A stretch of 64,000 nt of DNA from Candidatus Omnitrophota bacterium (GTDB taxonomy: Bacteria > Omnitrophota > Gorgyraeia > Zapsychrales > Aceulaceae). Under the pieces are notes generated by a model, which saw only the letters and a list, made by a program, of their open reading frames with translations, made no database searches and had not been told where the DNA came from. The stretch lies in the NCBI GenBank assembly GCA_029564765.1, contig JAKQPK010000050.1, positions 82,977 through 146,976 of the forward strand. Reading direction: 5' to 3'. The position numbers and the translations under genes were made by a program. Positions 58,819 to 64,000 of the stretch are shown piece by piece (the stretch's first letter is position 1; each line of letters starts with the position of its first letter).

Positions 58819-60081
58819 TCAACCTTGTGTTGGTAATGAAATCTTAATATTACGTCTGATGAATTTCTCCAGACAAGAAGGATTGTGACCTGTCGCAACC
58901 CACTTTCCGATCGTGTGTCCATCAGTCGTGACTTGTTCTTCTTTAAAATAAAAAATATCTTGTAGCGATATCGCATTCGCGTTTTCATTGTAAACGAGGT
59001 CCGTGATATGCGTGATGCGGCGTTTACCATCAATAAAGATCTCCGTATGCACGATCATATCGATCGCACCAGCGATCTGACGCCTGATCTCATCAACACT
59101 TAGCGGAATGCCCGTGGACAATAGCATTGTGACAAGGCGGTTGTAACAATCTTTAGGTGAATCACCATGCACAATAGCCAACGAACCAGAATGCCCGCTG
59201 CTGATCGACTGGATAAGGTCCAGCGCTTCATTGCTTCGGATCTCACCGATAATGATACGGTCAGGGCGCATACGTAGCGAATTAACAAAAAGATCACGGA
59301 TGCTAATAGTTCCCTTGCCTTCTACGTTGGCCGCCTTTGCCTGAAGACTGACAACATGCTCCTGTTTAAGTCGCAACTCTGCTGTGTCTTCGATCGTTAC
59401 AATTCGCTCTCTTTCGGGCAAATACCGCGAGAGGACGTTGAGCGTTGTTGTTTTACCTGTTCCCGTTGCCCCAGAAAAGATGATATTCAGTTTCGCATGG
59501 ATCGCGGCGATCAGAAAATCCGCCATCGGCTTGCTAAGCATTTCCAGCTTTAAAAGATCTTCGATCGTCTCTATCTCTGAAGAGAACTTGCGGATAGTTA
59601 CCACCGGCCCGACCAAGGACACTGGCGGCAAGATCACGTTAACGCGTGATCCATCAGGCAAAGAAAAATCAACATACGGCGATGATTCATCCACGCGCCG
59701 TCCAGATGAAGACTCAGCCAAGATCTTTTGGATCGTATGCATGAGCTCCTTAGAATCCTGAAATCGGATCGGGCTAAGCTCGATCTTGCCGTGACGCTGA
59801 ATATAGATCCGGTGAGGGCCATTGATCATGATCTCCGATATGCTCCTGTCCTCCATCAGAGGGCGTATGGGCCCTAGGCTGATCACAGAAGCGACGAATT
59901 GCTTGATCAGGCGTCCACGCTCCTCTTCAGACAAAAGCAATTCGTTATCCTTGCAAGTCTGATCGATCGCATTTTTAGCGTAAACGCGGATCTGATCCTC
60001 GGTCAACGATTCCTTGACCTTTAGGAAATCCGTCTTAGTAATTAAATGTTTCTGCATCAGATTGCGGACTTGCTCTAACAT
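58819..60081 (-). CDS. CpaF/TadA-family secretion ATPase
   Basis: RRVDESSP.VD..LPDGSRVN, SGATGTGKTT, IEDTAEL, LRMRPDRIIIGE. Confidence 0.92.
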   Translation of the reverse strand: MLEQVRNLMQKHLITKTDFLKVKESLTEDQIRVYAKNAIDQTCKDNELLLSEEERGRLIKQFVASVISLGPIRPLMEDRSISEIMINGPHRIYIQRHGKIELSPIRFQDSKELMHTIQKILAESSSGRRVDESSPYVDFSLPDGSRVNVILPPVSLVGPVVTIRKFSSEIETIEDLLKLEMLSKPMADFLIAAIHAKLNIIFSGATGTGKTTTLNVLSRYLPERERIVTIEDTAELRLKQEHVVSLQAKAANVEGKGTISIRDLFVNSLRMRPDRIIIGEIRSNEALDLIQSISSGHSGSLAIVHGDSPKDCYNRLVTMLLSTGIPLSVDEIRRQIAGAIDMIVHTEIFIDGKRRITHITDLVYNENANAISLQDIFYFKEEQVTTDGHTIGKWVATGHNPSCLEKFIRRNIKISLPTQG

Positions 60082-60096
60082 GAGATCCTCTCTTTA

Positions 60097-61185
60097 CTAA
60101 AAACCCAATCGATCTTTTATTGTAAATATTTTATCAAAAACACCATAGCGAACAAAATCATTATAAAAAATAAAGACCGCCAAGCAAATGATCAAGCTTA
60201 ACCCGATCTTGTAAACGATCTCCTCTGTCTTAGCAGGCAACGGCTTTCCTTTTATCTTCTCGATGCCGAATAACAACAAATGACCTCCGTCTAAGACAGG
60301 TAGCGGTAAAAGATTAAAGATCGCTAAGCTCGCGGAAATGACAGCCATAATATAAAGAACGTAGGTAAATCCTAGCTCTGCCGCTTTCTTGATAATAAAA
60401 AAGATCCCGATCGGGCCTGTCATCCCGTCCTTCGTGGACATTGCCCCTGTGATCATCAAATAAAGCGCTTTATATGTTGTCCATGTGATATCAACAAGTT
60501 TCTCAGCCGCGTAAACGATGCTTTGCAAAAAATGATATCGTAATAAAACGATCTCTTCCTGAGGCTTAATACCAACGACGCGTGCCCTGATCTTTTGTCC
60601 AAAAACATTCTCTACTTCGTCTTGTGTCGATTGCACGACCAGAGTCTTTTGCTCTCCTTTGCGGTCAACAAGAAACGAAATATTATCATCCAAAGAGCGA
60701 CTAATGAACTTTTGAACATCTTCCCAGCTATGAACCTGAGCGTCATTGATCGCGAGGATCTTATCCTCAGCAAGAAAACCCGCCTTCTGCGCCGGATAAC
60801 CAGCAACAGCCTCTTTAATATTTGTCCCTAGGGCTGGATAGCCGATCATAAAAACTAGGCAAAAGCAAATAAAGGCAAAGAGATAATTGACGACCGGCCC
60901 AAATAAAACGATCAACGCCCGATGACCAACAGGCTTGGAGAAGAACTCTTCCTTGCCTCCCTTATAGTCAGCGCGTTCATCGCCGGCCATTTTAACATAT
61001 CCCCCCAAAGGAATAAGGCAAACCGCGTAATCAGTATCCTTTTTCTTAAAACTAAAGATCTTTGGTCCGAATCCAATGGCAAAGCGCTCAACCCGCACAC
61101 CTAACGCCTTCGCCATGGCTAAATGGCCATACTCATGAACGATCACTAAAATGCTCAAAACAAGAATAAAAACTAACGTTCCCAT
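60097..61185 (-). CDS. rseP: RIP metalloprotease RseP
   Basis: HEYGH, PLGGYVKM, PDZ domain, NLLPLPVLDGG. Confidence 0.96.
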   Translation of the reverse strand: MGTLVFILVLSILVIVHEYGHLAMAKALGVRVERFAIGFGPKIFSFKKKDTDYAVCLIPLGGYVKMAGDERADYKGGKEEFFSKPVGHRALIVLFGPVVNYLFAFICFCLVFMIGYPALGTNIKEAVAGYPAQKAGFLAEDKILAINDAQVHSWEDVQKFISRSLDDNISFLVDRKGEQKTLVVQSTQDEVENVFGQKIRARVVGIKPQEEIVLLRYHFLQSIVYAAEKLVDITWTTYKALYLMITGAMSTKDGMTGPIGIFFIIKKAAELGFTYVLYIMAVISASLAIFNLLPLPVLDGGHLLLFGIEKIKGKPLPAKTEEIVYKIGLSLIICLAVFIFYNDFVRYGVFDKIFTIKDRLGF

Positions 61186-61191
61186 ACGATC

Positions 61192-62346
61192 CTATCTGCT
61201 GATCAATCCCCGGGCTTCCTCTCGCGCCCAGGCATCAGCATTCAATATACTTTTTAATGTGACCGACGAAGAGGGTCGATGTTTTGCAACCACTTTCTCA
61301 GCGATCTCTGCGACTTTAAGAAAAGGGATCTTTTCTCTTAAGAACGCGCTTACGGCTTCTTCGTTAGCGGCGTTCAGAACGCTGCCAAATGTTTTTCCCT
61401 TTTTTGCGACATCATAGCAGAGTTTCAATGCCGGAAATTTCTTAACATCAGGCTTTAAGAACGTTAAGGTTTTCTGACGAATAAAATCCATCGCCGGCAA
61501 CGGGGCAACGGAACGCTTCGGATACGTCAAGGCATATTGAATAGGAATGCGCATATCCGTTACACCCAACTGCGCCATGACCGCGCCATCCTGAAATTCA
61601 ACCATTGAATGTATGATAGATTCAGGGTGGATCAAAACCTCGATATGAGATGCCGCCAGATCAAAAAGCCACATCGCCTCAATGACCTCTAAGCCCTTAT
61701 TCATCAAGGTCGCAGAATCAACCGTTATTTTCCGGCCCATACGCCAACGCGGATGTTTTAGCACATCAGCAACAGAAACACGCTTGAGTTGATCACGAGA
61801 TACGCAACGCAAGGGCCCTCCGGAAGCGGTCAGATAAACTCTTTTCAATCCTTGACGATCCTGGCCTTGAAGGCACTGAAAGATCGCGCTCTGCTCGCTA
61901 TCCACCGGAACGATAGAGGCTTTGTATTTTTTCGCCTCGGCCATCAGAACGCTTCCAGCCATGACAAGCGCTTCTTTGTTTGCAGGTGCAATATGTTTTC
62001 CTGAGCGTATCGCAGCCAAAAATGGACTAAGCGCCGCACTGCCTTCAATACCTAAAACAACAATATCTGCCTGTGGCAAACTTGCCAAATGGTCGATCTC
62101 ACTTCTTGTGTCAAATAACGATACCTTGGAACCAGAAATCTTTCGGCGCAGATCACAAATATGCTTCGCATCAATAGCAGCATATCGAGGCTTAAATTGA
62201 CGGATCTGCCTTGCCAATAAGTCCGTGTTATTCAAAGCGCTTAAAGCGACAACACTAAACTGCTGCGGAAAGCGCTCAACAACTTTGAGCACATTGATGC
62301 CAATGGATCCTGTTGAACCTAAAACAACGATCTTCTTCATTGCCAT
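61192..62346 (-). CDS. dxr: DXP reductoisomerase
   Basis: LGSTGSIG, ANKE, PVDSE, MGRKITVDSAT.MNKG.E. Confidence 0.97.
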   Translation of the reverse strand: MAMKKIVVLGSTGSIGINVLKVVERFPQQFSVVALSALNNTDLLARQIRQFKPRYAAIDAKHICDLRRKISGSKVSLFDTRSEIDHLASLPQADIVVLGIEGSAALSPFLAAIRSGKHIAPANKEALVMAGSVLMAEAKKYKASIVPVDSEQSAIFQCLQGQDRQGLKRVYLTASGGPLRCVSRDQLKRVSVADVLKHPRWRMGRKITVDSATLMNKGLEVIEAMWLFDLAASHIEVLIHPESIIHSMVEFQDGAVMAQLGVTDMRIPIQYALTYPKRSVAPLPAMDFIRQKTLTFLKPDVKKFPALKLCYDVAKKGKTFGSVLNAANEEAVSAFLREKIPFLKVAEIAEKVVAKHRPSSSVTLKSILNADAWAREEARGLISR

Positions 62347-62347
62347 A

Positions 62348-63169
62348 TTAAAGCGTACTTAACGCAGAGCTCATATATAAATAAAAAGCTGGTGCCGCAA
62401 ACAACAAGCTATCGATAACATCTAAAACGCCGCCTAATCCGGGCAGAAACTTTCCAGAATCCTTGACATTGCAATCCCTTTTGATCATAGACTCCGAGAG
62501 ATCCCCCAGCTGGCCAATGCCCCCAAAAAAAGCACCAAGTAGCAATACCTGTAAAAATGTATAATTAAGCGCTTTTGGCAAACAAAACCAGCACAACCAT
62601 GCAGCAATGGCCGCAAAGGCTAATCCTGCGATCCACCCCTCCACGGTTTTATTTGGACTTACCTTAGCCAATAAGGCATGCTTACCATATTTCTTTCCAA
62701 TTAAAAGAGCGCCAATATCACCCGCCTTCGTGACAGCAATGATAAAGATCAAAAGCTTCATTCCCCCGTCACCCGGGATCAACGAACGGATCTTGACTAA
62801 AAAGCTAAAAAACCATGACACATAAAGAACCCCAAAAAGTGTTGTCGATATTCCAACGATCGCATTATGATTATCTTCACGCAAAAACTGCAAAAGTAGC
62901 AACAATAAAAACCCGATCACTATGAACAACAACTCCCAATTCTTTGTCAGCTCAAACCGCGTAAAGATCGACAAAGGGATCGCTGTCCCTATAAAGATCC
63001 CAACATAGCTGTAGATAGGGATCCCTTTCTTGCGTACAAGGTAAAAGAACTCATAAAGGCCAGCCATGGTCAACGCGACAACAAAAACAATAAAGAACCA
63101 CTTGTTCAAAATCGCGAAGATCGTTAACAAGACCATGAGCGTTGAGCTTAATACTCTCTGAGATAGCAT
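62348..63169 (-). CDS. cdsA: Phosphatidate cytidylyltransferase
   Basis: SPNKTVEG, GDLSES.IKR...KDSG..LPG.GGVLD; start moved to MLSQR. Confidence 0.95.
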   Translation of the reverse strand: MLSQRVLSSTLMVLLTIFAILNKWFFIVFVVALTMAGLYEFFYLVRKKGIPIYSYVGIFIGTAIPLSIFTRFELTKNWELLFIVIGFLLLLLLQFLREDNHNAIVGISTTLFGVLYVSWFFSFLVKIRSLIPGDGGMKLLIFIIAVTKAGDIGALLIGKKYGKHALLAKVSPNKTVEGWIAGLAFAAIAAWLCWFCLPKALNYTFLQVLLLGAFFGGIGQLGDLSESMIKRDCNVKDSGKFLPGLGGVLDVIDSLLFAAPAFYLYMSSALSTL

Positions 63170-63173
63170 CACT

Positions 63174-63890
63174 TTAAGGCTCCGAGACCTTTCCGTAGCG
63201 TCGCTCTCGCTTTTGATAATCCGCAAGGGCTTTTTCAAACTCTTTTTTTGTGAAATCCGGCCAATATTTTGGCGTAAAATAAAGCTCACTATAAGATAGC
63301 TGCCATAATAAAAAATTGCTGATCCGCTGCTCTCCAGAGGTGCGGATCAACAGGTCCGGGTCTGGCATTCCTTGCGTATACAAAGCAGCGCTGATGCTTT
63401 GCTCACTAAGCGAATCAGGATCTATGCGCCCATCCTTGGCCTCTCTGCAGAATTTCTTTACGGCATCCAAGATTTCCTGCCGTGCTCCATAATTAAAGGC
63501 GAGATTGAGCGTCATCCCCGTATTATTCTTGGTTTGTTCCTGAGCCCTGCTCAAGGCCGCAACAACCTTTTCAGGAGCACCATCCAAGCAACCCAAAACT
63601 TGAAATTTAATATCCGCTTTATGCAGCTCCTTGGCCTTTTCGTCTAAATTCTTAGCCAACGTGCTCATCAACATATCAACTTCTTGCTTTGGGCGATTCC
63701 AATTTTCTGCTGAAAAAGCAAATAAAGTTAGAAACTGTATGCCCGCTATTCTGGCAGCAGCAACAATATCATCTACGCGCCGCACACCCTGCAAATGCCC
63801 ATAGGTCCGTGGCATGTGGCGCTTTTTCGCCCATCGACCATTGCCGTCCATGATGATCGCGACATGCTTTGGGATTCTAGTACCGATCAT
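63174..63890 (-). CDS. uppS: Undecaprenyl diphosphate synthase
   Basis: HVAIIMDGNGRWA, FS.ENW.RP, IRTSGE.RISNFLLWQ; start moved to MIGTR. Confidence 0.97.
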   Translation of the reverse strand: MIGTRIPKHVAIIMDGNGRWAKKRHMPRTYGHLQGVRRVDDIVAAARIAGIQFLTLFAFSAENWNRPKQEVDMLMSTLAKNLDEKAKELHKADIKFQVLGCLDGAPEKVVAALSRAQEQTKNNTGMTLNLAFNYGARQEILDAVKKFCREAKDGRIDPDSLSEQSISAALYTQGMPDPDLLIRTSGEQRISNFLLWQLSYSELYFTPKYWPDFTKKEFEKALADYQKRERRYGKVSEP

Positions 63891-64000
63891 TGTTTTCTTG
63901 ACACCAATTAAAATGGGGGATATATATCCCCCATCGCGATGCCACCCATTCTTACTCAGCAAGCTAATAGCGCTATTCTGTCATATTCATGGTGTACATC

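Noticed and set aside
63913-63934. Palindrome ATGGGGGATATATATCCCCCAT upstream of uppS
   Set aside because: Single hairpin at the window edge, probably a terminator of an unseen upstream gene; not enough context to call.

Overview
A 64-kb bacterial chromosomal segment, almost all on the minus strand and mostly housekeeping genes: uppS-cdsA-dxr-rseP-proS-rimP-nusA-infB-trpS-scpA-ruvB-queA-tgt-trmD-rplS-rnhB, folD, polA-glgA-coaE-rho-rpmE-prfA-prmC-murA, trp genes, argS, recJ, nadA and a cysteine desulfurase. The giant-protein architecture suggests Ca. Omnitrophota (inference). The trp operon is split by a ~14-kb block centred on a 3239-aa exported modular protein. That protein carries a UDPGP-family UDP-glucose pyrophosphorylase domain, an ACP-like domain, internal repeats and recurring Ser-Ser-x-hydrophobic linkers. 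Upstream of it lie a c-di-GMP-I (GEMM-I) riboswitch with an unusual ~70-nt insertion in P3, two look-alike promoters and two identical LacI/cre-like operators. Gene junctions in this block carry inverted 7/8-mer tandem-repeat hairpins, and one such hairpin sits in frame inside the giant gene. A 56-aa ORF missed by the ORF track (10347-10517, minus strand) has its own promoter and RBS and closely resembles the crenarchaeal chromatin protein CC1. All family calls come from motif recognition by eye; no database searches were run.
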